DNA of 64,000 nucleotides from Mobula hypostoma. Its lineage: Eukaryota. Below are positions 25,071-37,455 of this stretch, piece by piece. Location: contig NC_086097.1 in the NCBI RefSeq assembly GCF_963921235.1, positions 208,818,001 through 208,882,000 on the forward strand. The letters run 5' to 3'. The position numbers were made by a program, and so were the translations under genes. Below the pieces are notes generated by a model. The model did not search any database, had not been told where the DNA came from, and worked only from the letters and a program-made list of their open reading frames with translations. Positions within the stretch are counted from its first letter, which is position 1. Each line of letters opens with the position of its first letter.

Positions 25071-28000
25071 ATACTTAAGATAGCTTATATACATGGATTG
25101 ATTATACGTCCACAAAGTGTCCCTAGGCACAGCAGTGTATGTGCATAAGGAGTCTAAAATGAAATGATAAAGCAATGATGGTTAGGGGTGTAGAGGAATG
25201 GGTTAGTGGGCTGAGGTGTTCATTACTCTGGTTGTTCTGGCATGGATACTATGTAGCTTCCTCACTCATGGGGGTAGAATCCTTCAGGATGTTATTGACC
25301 CTTTTCTGGCACCTTTCTGAATATGCTGTATGTCATTAATGGTGGGCAGGCTGGTGCTGGAGACATATTTGGCAGTTTTGGCTACACATTGTAGAGCTTT
25401 CCTGCCCGCCGCGGTGCAGTTACTGTACAAGCAGTGATGCAGCTTGTTAGGATGCTCTCTACTGCACATCTATAGAATGATGTGAGTATGAATGTGCAAA
25501 GTCCAGCTCTCCTCTGCCTCCTCAGAAAGTAGAGGAGTTGGTGAACTTCTCTGATTGTGTATAATGTTTTTGGGACCATGGGAGGTTGTGCAAGATGTGC
25601 ACTCCCAGGAATTTGAAACTGCTTGGCCACCAATGTAAAGATGGGTGTGAGTGGTGTGAATTCTCCTGAAATTGGTAACCACCTCCTTTGTCTTGTTGAC
25701 AATGGGGAAGAATGAGGACTGTCTGGCACCGGTCCTCGAGCTCTTCCACCTTCTTTCTATAGGCCATCTCATCATTGTTGTTGTTGAGCCACACCACCAT
25801 CACGTCACTGGCAAATTTGACAATGTGGTTACTTGGGTGTTTGGCCGAGCAGTCATGTTTCAGCAGACTGTACAGCAATAGGCTCAGCACAGAGCACTGG
25901 GGTGGGGGGGCGGGGGCACCCGTACCGAGGATGGTGGGGAGGAAGGAGCTGTCTGAAGTCTTTTGTATAGGAAGTCCAACACCCAGCTGCACAGTGATGT
26001 ACCGTGAGTACAACAGATTAATATAGACTGATGAAAATAGCAACTGACTCTGCTGTGATGCAAACACTGGGCATGTGTGGATCTGTGACAATGTCTTGAT
26101 TTGCATCTGAATGAATGATAATTTGACTAAAATACTAGTAGCTATTTCTGTTATAAATTTCAAGAACAAATGAATTATTATTTTGTGAAGTGATTTAGAT
26201 AGTTATCAAGATACCTGATTCAGGTTTTTTTCATTGTCTTTTATAATATGAAATTTGTTTTTTCTGCAGCAGCAGCAGAGTGCGGAGACATAAAAGTAAC
26301 TATAAATTGCTAATAAATAAAGTGGAAGTAGAGGTTAGATTCAACGATGCAGTTTAAATCTTAATTGGCATGCTGCCTCACATAACAATGAGGACACTTA
26401 TTTTAATTAACCTTTTAATTGAAGGTCAATGATTCATTCAAATGATACAAAATTATCCTGTCCTCTACTTAGTGAGATTAAGAACTATCCCTGTTTTCTG
26501 TACTGCGTCCAGGGATTAAGCAAGTCAGGTGCACACATGTGTGTCCTCCAGCATGTTCCCTACTTCTGCTCTGTAGTAATAGGTGTGGAAGTCTGGACTA
26601 CTCTGATATGCACACTGAAGATAGCCTAGACTTCCCCATGGAGCCATCAGCCAGCTATGCATGATCCTACCTAATATAATTAATTCTGAAGGCAGTACAT
26701 ACTTATGCTTTTTAGCAGTTTATTTTAGTACTTTGCACTAGGGGGGTTTTATTCAACTGGAAAATCATGTGGAAATTGGGGGTTTAATTTAATTTCACTA
26801 TTGTTACAAGAGTTGAGACAAGCTATTTACAAATTGCAAAAAAACACACATTTATTATTTTCTAAATGTGCTTGTTATCTGCAATATGAAATTTAAGTAC
26901 CTGTCTGTTTTAACTCCTTTTGCTTTCAATGTATTGAGGTCCAGTAGGTCAGCATCAGAAAAGAAGTGGAAGTGAGACTTCAATAAGGATGCCACCACTT
27001 AACACTAAGCATAATTGTTTACTTTAGACCATCTTCTATTGGATAATGCTCTGTGCAAAATGGCTTGGGGTGGTACATTCAGTTTGACAGTAATTCTTTT
27101 TACTTAAACAGTTTTCTTAAATTTGGATCCCCACCCATTACAATAGACATCTGAAATAAACTGTGGCAGTCATGACCTTGCTATCAACCTTATCGTGGCT
27201 TTAGATACTGATGGACAAAAGACACGAAACTAAACCCCGCCAACCTTTTCCTGAGATAATCTTGAGATTTATTAGACAGTTGTTCATGGCATAATTCAAT
27301 TTTCTCAAATTGTGAAATAGACTTTAAATACATTCCTCTCAAAGGTTATCAGTGATCAACTCAGTTCAGCACTTGGCAGTCTGACTTATCAGCTGAAGTA
27401 GCCACAGGTTTCAGTCATTCCGGTACCTCACACGAACATCGGAACCTCAGTGGTTCCTTTACTTATGCCAAGGCTGACAGCCGAGATTCAAAACTTTATA
27501 TTTGTTCTGTGGGATTCTCCTGCCAATAGCATGCTACTACCAAAGCTACTACAACCATAAACCAGAGCGCTGGAACCGACAAAGATCAATGAGGATTACT
27601 CAGCGTCAGAACTGATAAGGTCTCCGGCAATTATAACAGACATACACACTGGCTGGCATGTTAAAATATAAAGTTTCTATATAATGGATAATGCTTACTA
27701 AAATACTGTTTACAAAGCAAATAGTGAAAAAATGAATTTTAATTAATGTGTTTTACACAACCGAATTAATATTCAAATTTTCTGCATTTGACCGTATGAA
27801 TTAATATTTTATGTTATAAATTAGTATCTATAATTTATGAACGTACATTTCTGTCATCATGGCTTTAATTTTAGAAGTAACAGTGCTGTGTAGTAGATTA
27901 TGCTGATTTCCTGCATATTATGCATCGCAGCCTAGTATAGAGCTGTAATATTCACTTTAAGACCATCTAACTTCATACTTAGCCACCAATAATGATCCTT

Positions 28001-29350
28001 TGCGATCAGCATTCTCCAATTATTAATTTAAAGGTATTGAATTTGCAGAGATTAGAGAGTGGGTCGGAGTGTGGGCAGGATGAGGACAGTAAACAGCGCT
28101 GCTTGGAATCTGAATTCACTTTCCCTATTGTCTTGAACTGACCTTGTTTGCATCCAGAAAGCTGACCTTGCTAGCCCAGATAGTCCTAAAAACAAGGGGC
28201 AAGGCCCTGGGCAGCAGCAAGATCGTGAATAACGTAAGTGACATCTGCAGAAGCTATCAAAATTTTATCATGTGTGTCAAAGTCCCATACGTTAGATGAT
28301 GAGATAATCAACATTTCAAAGATGCTGATGGTCAGTGCTGTGAACTGTGTCCCCTGATGTACTAAATTACAAGAAAAAAGAATAAATGGATGAGCAAAGC
28401 TTTGGAAAATAGATTCCAGTAGTATCAAATATAGTGTTACTCATTTTGGACCTGGAAAGGGATTAGAGGATTCAGAAATTATAATCCAGATTTTTAGGAA
28501 ATAAATTTAAAAACAATTATACACACATAAATGATGTTTGAAATCTGGGACTTGCCTCTGCAAATGGCATTTATTGCTAAGCTAACTGTGAATGTTAAAT
28601 CTGAACCAGATAGTTTCTGCAACAAATTATGCATAAGTCTATGGGGGAAAATTGTAAACTGAATCACAGATCAGTTATCTAGAATGAAGTACATGGCCTT
28701 TTGTACCTAAATTCTACAAACTTAATTTCTAATCTAAAGAAAGCCTTTCATTCAACCTTTCCTATTTTCCATAATCTCTCAGTGCTGGTGCATCATTGTA
28801 CAGTACATCCTTACTACACTTCATCCACTTGATTCCATTAGACAGTTGATAGATCAGAACTATACAAAATAAGTACAAACTCATCAGGGTCCTTTATACA
28901 AATGTATCATAATTTCAATCCTTACACGGCAAAGAGATAAATGACCGGCTAATTTGTCCTTATCTTAGAAGCAGGGATCAGTCAGGACACAGCGAACTCC
29001 TCAATTTTTATTCAAATAATAACATAGAATTTCTGCATCCAGCTAACCAAACAAAGTTGGTTTTCATGTCTTCTCTCAGAATGTCACAGATCTCCCTGGC
29101 CACATCTGTTTAGTATGTGTCAATCTCTTTTCAGAATGACAAGATAATCTTGATCTTCTGTAAATATTTTCCACAATAGATTATCCCAAACTCTAATAAA
29201 ACACTTCAGAAATGTAGTCATTCTTATGAACAATTTATCAAAGTCCCACAAACAATAACATGATAATGACCACGTAATCTACTCCCAGGTGGTGGAAGAG
29301 GAATATGTATTAGCTAGTGCACTCTTCAACATAATAGCATGTAATCGTTT

Positions 29351-29912
29351 ATCGTCGTCGTCGTGGCTATCCCTCGAGATCGAGGACGATGGTCTTCGTT
29401 CTGTTGACCTATTTATGGGCTCTCAAGTGGCTTATGAGTCCAATCTTGGCTTTGAATGTTCTTCTGCATTCAGGACAGGTAGTTCCAGATGGCAGATCGG
29501 GCTTTGGTTGTTGCTGCCTCTCTTTCCATTTTCTTCTCTTTTCTTCTAATTCTGCACATCCATTGGCTTCAAAAATTGCTGTTCCTTCTCAGATGTTGGC
29601 TTGCCAGAGTTTCCTGTCCTTGGCATTGGTTTCCCAATTGTTGATGTCGATGTTACATTTCTTCATGTTGGCTTTTAAGACGTCTTTGAATCTCTTCTGT
29701 TGTCCGCCTCTTTTACGCTTGCCTTCTTTAAGCTGGGAGTAGAAGATTTGTTTCGGCAGACGTTTGTCTTTCATCCGAACAACATGACCGCTCCATCTTA
29801 GTTGGTTCTTGATGACGTAAGCTTCAATGCTTGTTGTTTTTGCTTCATTTAGCACGCTGACTTTGGCTCTTCTATCTTCTCAACTGATATTTAAGATGTT
29901 TCGAAGACATCA
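29351..29912 (-). mobile_element. RTE-clade LINE 3' fragment
   Basis: QLRWSGHVVRMKDKRLPKQIFYSQLKEGKRKRGGQQKRFKD, C-terminal CPEC..F..GLISHLRAH finger, CCTCGATCTCGAGG hairpin and (ACG)n tail. Confidence 0.9.
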
Positions 29913-30399
29913 TTTATATCTCACTAGGAAATAAACAGAGTCTTGATTGAATGTTTCAATTGAAGCTGCAGCTCCTACAGTACAGTATTGTCAGTTTAAA
30001 TTCTATGCCCAAGTACTCTTTTGTCTACTAGGGTAAAAATGCTCTTTCTAGGGTGATATGGCTTTCTGAATGGTCCTCTGTCTGCCATAGATCCTCCTCT
30101 GTGTGTATATAAGACCATAGGGTAATACAGTACCAGGAGACACACCGCCATTATTGACTAGAATTTTAAGCTATTCGAAATCTGTAGATATTTTGTTCAG
30201 TGTTACGTAATTCAATTTAGATTTTATCTGGAGCAGATCGTATTGGTAATTATTTTCCAGGTGGAATTATACTGACTGTGAAATCACAGCAGAGATTTCC
30301 AGTCAAGATCCATGTTAGTTGTAAAACTGAAAATTGTAAATAAAGTATTTAAAAAAAGATCCATGTTAGCTGCCTGACGTCCTCTCAACAACAGTCATA

Positions 30400-31765
30400 T
30401 GCCTATTGACTTCACTCTTTCCACAATCACTGTTTCTGCACACACTGGCATAATACATATTACAATCACATTTCACCCTAACAAGGAGCACGTGGTAGCG
30501 CCTCAGACTATTTGAAATCCCTTTCTTGATCTCTCTTACTCCAGCTCTGGAGACAAACTGTCTACTGGCAACTTTTGTAAGCCTACTGATTCCCACAGCT
30601 ATCTTGACTAAGCCTCTTTCCACCCTGTCATATAAAGATATTCCCTTTTCTCAGTTCCTTTGTCTCCACCACATCTATTCCCAGGCTGAGTTTTCCTTTC
30701 CAGGGAATGAGAGATATCCTCCTTCTTCAAAGAATGGGATTTCCCTTCCTCCACCACTGATGCTACCCTCACCCACATCTCCTCCATTTCCTGGACATCT
30801 GAGCTCACCTCCACCTTCCTGCTGCATAACAGGGATAGAGTTCCTCTTGTTCTCACCTACCACCACACAAGCGCTCGCATCCAACACATCAGTCTCCCCA
30901 ACTACCACAGCCTTCTACGGAATCTTTCCACCAAATACATCTTTAATTCCCCCCCCCCCACCCCCACTCCCTTCTTTCTGCAGGGGTCACTCCTTCTGTG
31001 ATTCCTTTGTCCATTCATCCCTCCCCACTGATCATCCTCCTGGCACATACCCATGCAAGCGACAGAAATGTTCCACCTGCTCATTTACCTCCTCCCTCAC
31101 CTTCATTCAGGACCCCAAACAATCCTTCCAGGTGAGGCAACAGTTCACCTGTGAATCCACTGGTGTCATCTATTGTGTCTGGTGTACCCAATGCGGCTGC
31201 TCTACCTTGATAAGACCTGACGTAAATTGGGGGCTGCTTTGTTGAGCACCTCCATTCCACCTGCCAAACTCTGGAATTTCCCGGTGGCCAAACATTTTAA
31301 TTTTTAATTTCCATTCCCGTTCCAATATGTTGGTCCATGGCATCTCCTCTTTTGCCATTATGAGGCCATTCTTAGGGTGGAGGAGGAACAATTCATATTC
31401 TGCCTAGGTAGCCTCTAACCTAATGACATAAACATCAATTCCTCCAACTTCCAGTAAATTTTTATTTCTTCCCCCTTCCCTCTTCTTCTATTCCGCATTC
31501 TGCCTTTTTACTTTTTCTCCTCACTTGCCTATCACATTCCCCTGGTGCCCCTCCTTCTTCCCTTTCTCCCATGCTTCAGTCTTCTCTTCTAGTAGATTCC
31601 TCCTCCTCCAGATCTTTACCTTTCCGACCTACCTGGCTTCAGCTATCACTTTCTAGCTTGCCCTCCTTTCCTACCCCCTCCTTTTTATTCTTGCATCTTT
31701 CCCCTTCCTTTTCAGTCCTGAAAAAGGGTCTCAGCACAAATGTCAACTGTTTATTCATTTCCATT
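30400..31765 (+). mobile_element. Decayed Penelope-like element (RT C-terminus, GIY-YIG, 3' end with degenerate HHR near 31712-31750)
   Basis: IPFSQFLCL; PPGTYPCKRQKCSTC; FTCESTGVIYCVWC; homologous to ~34900-36350. Confidence 0.9.
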
Positions 31766-33242
31766 GGTTGTAATATGAATAAAGTCACCACAGAGACACT
31801 GAGGCTAGAGGATGCAGAAGTGTTTTATTCAACAAAAGGAGACACACTTGGAGGAAGAGGCCTGCTTGAACTAATATTGCATGAAATTTTATATGCTAAA
31901 GATCAAAGGTAACTACAGGACAATTCTATAGTTACAATGTATCTACAATCCTTCCTATGAATTACATATAATTTTCGCACACCTTCTTCTTCACACCCAC
32001 ACTCCAGACACCCAGAATGAATGTTAACCAGCATTGTCTGGTTTTCAATCAAATTGCGTCCATAGCCCCAGGAAAACTATTGCTCAGAGATGCACTTTAA
32101 ATTTAATCTACAGTCCATGTTCATGTCTGGAGAATGGCTGCTGTTGATTAATTATTTGTTATATCCCCTAACTCCAGAATGCACCCTAACACCATAGATG
32201 CTGACCTGTTGAATTCCTTCAGCATTTTGTGTGTGTCGCTGTTTGAAATGAGCTCTGTTACAGGCATTCTGATCCAAAATGTCAATAATTCCTTTCCTCC
32301 TACAGGTAATCTCAACCCACTGCCTTCCTCCAGCAGATTGTGTGTTGTCCCAGATTCTGAAGTCTGCTGTCTTGAGTCTCCAATTTGTTGACACTGGAAG
32401 ATCTGCCTGGGCAGCTCTAGAAATGACTGCAGACAGCTAACTTCCAAAGTCAACAAAGAGATCTTAAACTAAACTAAAACAAGAAGTACAGTTGTTCAGC
32501 AAGTGGTACATCGTTTTTCATTCTGAAGTGAAAAAGAACATTTTGATCCTTTCTTCTTCTTTGTATGTTGCATCTTTACTCAATGGTTCCATCAGCTGAA
32601 AGCTGCCAAGAAAAAATCCGTAAGCTTGGATTTTACATAGGAATTGACTTTATTCAACATCGTTTAACAAGAATAAAATATTGTATGTGTTATCATAGAA
32701 AAGCTTTTGTAGTTTTGTAAAGAATCGACTTCTAAAATTTAGAATTCAATTTTGATTTTGTCATACAAGAATTTGTACATAATACGAAGCAAATCTTTTC
32801 ACAAATAAAATGTGAGTGAAAATTGGGAAGCTAAACAAATTGGTTTGCTCTGGGTTCCTCAATGTGTCTATAGCTGCACACATTTGGAACCATGTACAAT
32901 AGTCTCCAATAAAATATACCACACCACTGGCAACCATTTCTGAGATTTCCACTGGCGTTCAAATACCTTGCACTATCTCCAGCTCACTACTGCAAAGCCA
33001 CGCTTCCTCAGTTCCTGTGTAACTTGCTGAGCCATCCCTGGCCTGGAGCAGAGAACACCCAATGTGGTTGTCTTTTAGTTATTTACTTACCAGCTTAACC
33101 CACTCCCACTACAACCATTCCACTCCACACACAAACAGCTTTGTCACTCTGAGGACCTTCTGAGGATCCCAGGTACTCACATTTTATTGACTCTGCCTCT
33201 CGCTGCTTCTCCCGTCAAGCTCTGAAGGCGACGCTCTCCGCC

Positions 33243-35987
33243 ATGAGGAGGTACTTGGTGTCCCTATCCCAGACCCTTCCACACCTTCGGGACACTTTCT
33301 TTGCTGTCTGTAATGGTCCTACCCGTTATTTCATCCTCCGTCGGATTCACGCCTGCAATCGCTGTTTTTTTGACTTTGTCATGTTAGGCAAAGATCGCAA
33401 GATCCTACATCTACGGACTCCAGAGCCTGCCGGCCCCGACGCTAGCAGGCATGAACTTCAGACTGCGGCCCCTGCCATTAATCTCGCCGGCTCCAACACC
33501 TCAGGGCATATTCAAAACCCGGACTCCAGCAACGACCATGGACACCTTCACAGCGATTGCGCAACCACCAACTGCGACTCCAGCCTTGAACTCCAGGCCG
33601 GGTCTTTATGTGCTGCTATTGTGACTCCCGTCTCCCCTTCCCCCACCACCACTCTGCCACCCCGTCTTCCTCAGATCCCACCGTCAACTCCTGGGCCCTC
33701 AGAGGCTCCATCATCCTCTCACCCCAACCCTCCCCTCTCCACTGACACCACCAGCCTCCCCCCTCCCCCCTCTGATCCCAGCTCTCATCCGTGCCAGGTC
33801 TTTACCATCCCCTCCGACCTTCAACTGTCGGAGGCAGAACGCTCTGTTCTTAGTAAGGGCCTCACGTTTGTCCCCCTTCGCCCACACCTCAGCGAGTTCC
33901 GTGTTCACCACGATGCAGAACTTTTCTTCTGCCGTCTCCGTCTCCGAGCCTACTTCTTCGGCAAGGACTCTTCCACCCCCACCGATGACCTCTTCTCCCA
34001 TCTTCAACCCTCCTCTTCTTCATGGACACCCCACTCTGGTCGTCTGCCTGCTCTGGATCTCTTTATCGCTAATTGCCGACGGGACATCAACTGTCTCGAC
34101 TTCACCGCACCCTGTCCCCATTCCAACCTCACTCCTTCGGAACGCTCTGCTCTCCACTCCCTCCGCACTAATCCTAACCTTATTATTAAACCCGCCGATA
34201 AGGGGGGTGCTGTTGTAGTCTGGCGTACTGACCTCTACCATGCCGAGGCACAGCGACAACTCGCGGATTCCTCCTCTTATTTACCCCTCGATTGTGACCC
34301 CACTAAGGAGCACCAGGCCATTGTCTCCCACACCATCACCAACTTTATCCGTTCAGGGTATCTCCCATCCACTGCTACCAACCTTATAGTTCCCACACCC
34401 CGCACTTCCCGTTTCTACCTCCTACCCAAGATCCACAAACCTGCCTGTCCTGGCCAACCTATTGTCTCAGCTTGCTCCTGCCCCACTGAACTCATTTCTG
34501 CATACCTCGACACTGTTTTATCACCCCTTGTTCAATCCCTTCTGACCTATGTTCGTGACACTTCTCACACTCTTAAACTTTTCGATGATTTTAAGTTCCC
34601 TGGCCCCCACCGCTTTATTTTCACCATGGATGTCCAGTCCTTATATACTTCCATCCCCCATCAGGAAGGTCTCAAAGCTCTACGCTTCTTTTTGGATTCC
34701 AGACCTAATCAGTTCCCCTCTACCACCACTCTGCTCCGTCTAGCGGAATTAGTCCTTACTCTTAATAATTTCTCCTTTGACACCTCCCACTTCCTCCAAA
34801 CTAAAGGTGTAGCTATGGGCACCCGTATGGGTCCTAGCTATGCCTGCCTTTTTGTTGGCTTTGTGGAACAATCTATGTTCCGTGCCTATTCTGGTATCTG
34901 TCCCCCACTTTTCCTTCGCTACATCGACAACTGCATTGGCACTGCTTCCTGCACGCATGCAGAACTCGTTGACTTTATTAACTTTGCCTCCAACTTTCAC
35001 CCTGCCCTCAAGTTTACCTGGTCCATTTCCGACACCTCCCTCCCCTTTCTAGATCTTTCTGTCTCTGTCTCTGGAGACAGCTTATCCACTGATGTCTACT
35101 ATAAGCCTACTGACTCTCACAGCTATCTGGACTATTCCTCTTCTCACCCTGCCTCTTGCAAAAACGCCATCCCCTTCTACCAATTCCTCCGTCTCCGCCG
35201 CATCTGCTCTCAGGATGAGGCTTTTCATTCTAGGACGAGGGAGATGTCTTCCTTTTTTAAAGAAAAGGGCTTCTCTTCCTCCACTATCAACGCTGCTCTT
35301 AAACGCATCTCCCCCATTTCACGTACATCTGCTCTCACTCCATCCTCCCGCCACCCCACTAGGAATAGGGTTCCCCTGGTCCTCACCTACCACCCCACCA
35401 GCCTCCGGGTCCAACATATTATTCTCCGTAACTTCCGCCACCTCCAACGGAATTCCACCACTAAGCACATCTTTCCCTCCCCCGCTCTCTCTGTGTTCTG
35501 CAGGGATCGCTCCCTACACAACTCCCTTGTCCATTCGTCCCCACCATCCCTCCCCACTGATCTCCCTCCTGGCACTTATCCGTGTAAGCGGAACAATTGC
35601 TACACATGCCCTTACACTTCCTCCCTTACCACCATTCAGGGCCCCAAACAGTCCTTCCAGGTGAGGCAACACTTCACCTGTGAGTCGACTGGGGTGATAT
35701 ACTGCGTCCGGTGCTCCCGATGTGGCCTTTTATATATTGGCGAGACCCGACGCAGACTGGGAGACCGCTTTGCTGAACATCTACGCTCTGTCCGCCAGAG
35801 AGAGCAGGATCTCCCAGTGGCCACACATTTTAATTCCACATCCCATTCCCATTCTGACATATCTATCTACGGCCTCCTCTACTGTAAAGATGAAGCCACA
35901 CTCAGGTTGGAGGAACAACACCTTATATTCCGTCTGGGTAGCCTCCAACCTGATGGCATGAACATCGACTTCTCTAACTTCCTCTAA
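33243..35987 (+). CDS. PLE reverse transcriptase / GIY-YIG endonuclease polyprotein (914 aa, catalytic YIDD changed to YIDN)
   Basis: LSKGLTFVP, KPADKGGAVVV, FYLLPKIHK, MDVQSLYTSI, GVAMGTRMGPSYA, RYIDN, FLDL, YYKPT and VIYCVRCSRCGLLYIGETRRRLGDRFAEH. The frame is open back to the 5' junction at 33153. Confidence 0.9.
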   Translation: MRRYLVSLSQTLPHLRDTFFAVCNGPTRYFILRRIHACNRCFFDFVMLGKDRKILHLRTPEPAGPDASRHELQTAAPAINLAGSNTSGHIQNPDSSNDHGHLHSDCATTNCDSSLELQAGSLCAAIVTPVSPSPTTTLPPRLPQIPPSTPGPSEAPSSSHPNPPLSTDTTSLPPPPSDPSSHPCQVFTIPSDLQLSEAERSVLSKGLTFVPLRPHLSEFRVHHDAELFFCRLRLRAYFFGKDSSTPTDDLFSHLQPSSSSWTPHSGRLPALDLFIANCRRDINCLDFTAPCPHSNLTPSERSALHSLRTNPNLIIKPADKGGAVVVWRTDLYHAEAQRQLADSSSYLPLDCDPTKEHQAIVSHTITNFIRSGYLPSTATNLIVPTPRTSRFYLLPKIHKPACPGQPIVSACSCPTELISAYLDTVLSPLVQSLLTYVRDTSHTLKLFDDFKFPGPHRFIFTMDVQSLYTSIPHQEGLKALRFFLDSRPNQFPSTTTLLRLAELVLTLNNFSFDTSHFLQTKGVAMGTRMGPSYACLFVGFVEQSMFRAYSGICPPLFLRYIDNCIGTASCTHAELVDFINFASNFHPALKFTWSISDTSLPFLDLSVSVSGDSLSTDVYYKPTDSHSYLDYSSSHPASCKNAIPFYQFLRLRRICSQDEAFHSRTREMSSFFKEKGFSSSTINAALKRISPISRTSALTPSSRHPTRNRVPLVLTYHPTSLRVQHIILRNFRHLQRNSTTKHIFPSPALSVFCRDRSLHNSLVHSSPPSLPTDLPPGTYPCKRNNCYTCPYTSSLTTIQGPKQSFQVRQHFTCESTGVIYCVRCSRCGLLYIGETRRRLGDRFAEHLRSVRQREQDLPVATHFNSTSHSHSDISIYGLLYCKDEATLRLEEQHLIFRLGSLQPDGMNIDFSNFL

Positions 35988-36280
35988 GGCCCCACCTCCC
36001 CCTCGTACCCCATCTGTTACTCATTTTTATGCACACATTCTTTCTCTCACTCTCCTTTTTCTCCCTCTGTCCCTCTGAATATACCTCTTGCCCATCCTCT
36101 GGGTCACCCCCCCCTTGTCTTTCTTCCCAGACCTCCTGTCCCATGATCCTCTCGTATCCCCTTTTGCCTATCACCTGTCCAGCTCTTGGCTCCATCCCTC
36201 CCCCTCCTGTCTTCTCCTATCATTTTGGATCTCCCCCTCCCCCTCCAACTTTCAAATCCCTTACTCACTCTTCCTTCAGT

Positions 36281-36318
36281 TAGTCCTGACGAAGGGTCTC
36301 GGCCTGAAACGTCGACTG
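36281..36318 (+). ncRNA. Minimal type-I hammerhead ribozyme
   Basis: TAGTC-CTGACGA-AGGGTCTCGGCCT-GAAAC-GTC-GACTG: helix I AGTC/GACT, CUGANGA and GAAA boxes, GUC triplet with predicted cut after 36313. Confidence 0.85.
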
Positions 36319-36469
36319 CGCCTCTTCCTATAGATGCTGCCTGGCCTGCTGCGTTCACCAGCAACTTTGATGTGTGTTGCTTGAATTTCCAGCATCTGCA
36401 GAATTCCTGTTGTTTTTGTCCCTCACTTGACTCGATCACTTGTCACCTGCCCAATGTTTAGACTAACAT

Positions 36470-37455
36470 AACCCCATCCTCCCGCCACCCCACCAGGGAT
36501 AGGTTTCCTCTTGTCCTCACCTACCATCCAAATAGCCTCTGCGTCCAGCACATAGTTGTCCATAACTTTCACCATCCTTAACGTGATCCCACCACCAAGC
36601 ACATCTTTCCCATTCCCCACTTCCTGCTTTCCACAGGGTTCGCTCCCTATGCAAGTCCCTTGTCCATTCATCCCTCCCCACTGATCTCTCCCCTGGTATA
36701 TCCTGGTAAGCAGAACAAGTGCCATGTCTGCCCCTAACCTCTTCCCTCACTACCATTCAGGGCCCCAGACAGTCCTTCCAGCTGAGGTGACACTTCACCT
36801 GTGAGTCTGTTGGGGTCATTTATGGTATCCAGTGCTCCCAGAGTGGCCTCCAGTTTATAGATTGGGAGACCCCTTTGCCAAGCACTTATGGTCTGTCTAC
36901 CAGAAAAAAGTAGGATCTTCAAGTAGCCACCCACTTCAATTCTACTTCCCATTCCCATTCCGACATGTCAGTCTATGGCCTCCACAACTGCTGCAATGAG
37001 GTCACACTAAGAATGGAGAAGCAGCACCTTATATTCCATCCGGGTAGCCTCCAACCTGATGGCATGAACATCGATTTCTCGAATTTTCCAGTAATTGCCC
37101 TCCCCTCATCATTTCCATTCCTGTTTCCCTCTCTCACCTCATCTCCTTACCTGTCATTGCCTCCCTCTGGTGTTCCTCCCCCTTCCCTTTCTTCCATGGT
37201 CTTCTACCCTCTCCCATCAGATCCCTCCTTCTCCAGGCCTTTATCTCTTTCACGAAATAGCTTCCCAGCTCTTTACTTCCACCCCTCACCCTCTCTTGGT
37301 TTCACCTATCACCTGCCACCTTGTACTTCTTCCTCCCCTTCTCCTCACCTTTTTGCTTTAACTTATCTTTTACTTCAGTCCTGGTTTAGGGGCTCAGTTC
37401 CTGCAGCATTTTGTGTGTTTGCTTGGATTTCCAGCATCTGCAGATTTTCTCGTCT
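36470..37455 (+). mobile_element. Older decayed PLE 3' portion (GIY-YIG region and 3' UTR)
   Basis: Collinear with 35340-36415; HLIFHPGSLQPDGMNIDFSNF; HHR region degraded. Confidence 0.9.

Larger units (their letters stand above)
24160..25940 (-). mobile_element. Rex1/Babar-type LINE fragment interrupted by a second Rex1-type copy
   Basis: QCSVLSLLLYSL..SNHIVKFASD..NNDEMAYRKKVEEL RT remnant; 3' tail at 24160-24290, and the UTR resumes near 25070. Confidence 0.75.
33150..36415 (+). mobile_element. Neptune-type Penelope-like retroelement, 5'-truncated, relatively young
   Basis: Open RT + Cys-rich linker + GIY-YIG ORF, 3' UTR with hammerhead, ends at GAATTCCTGTTGTTT; flanks TTGTCACTC / TTGTCCCTC are a probable TSD. 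Confidence 0.95.
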
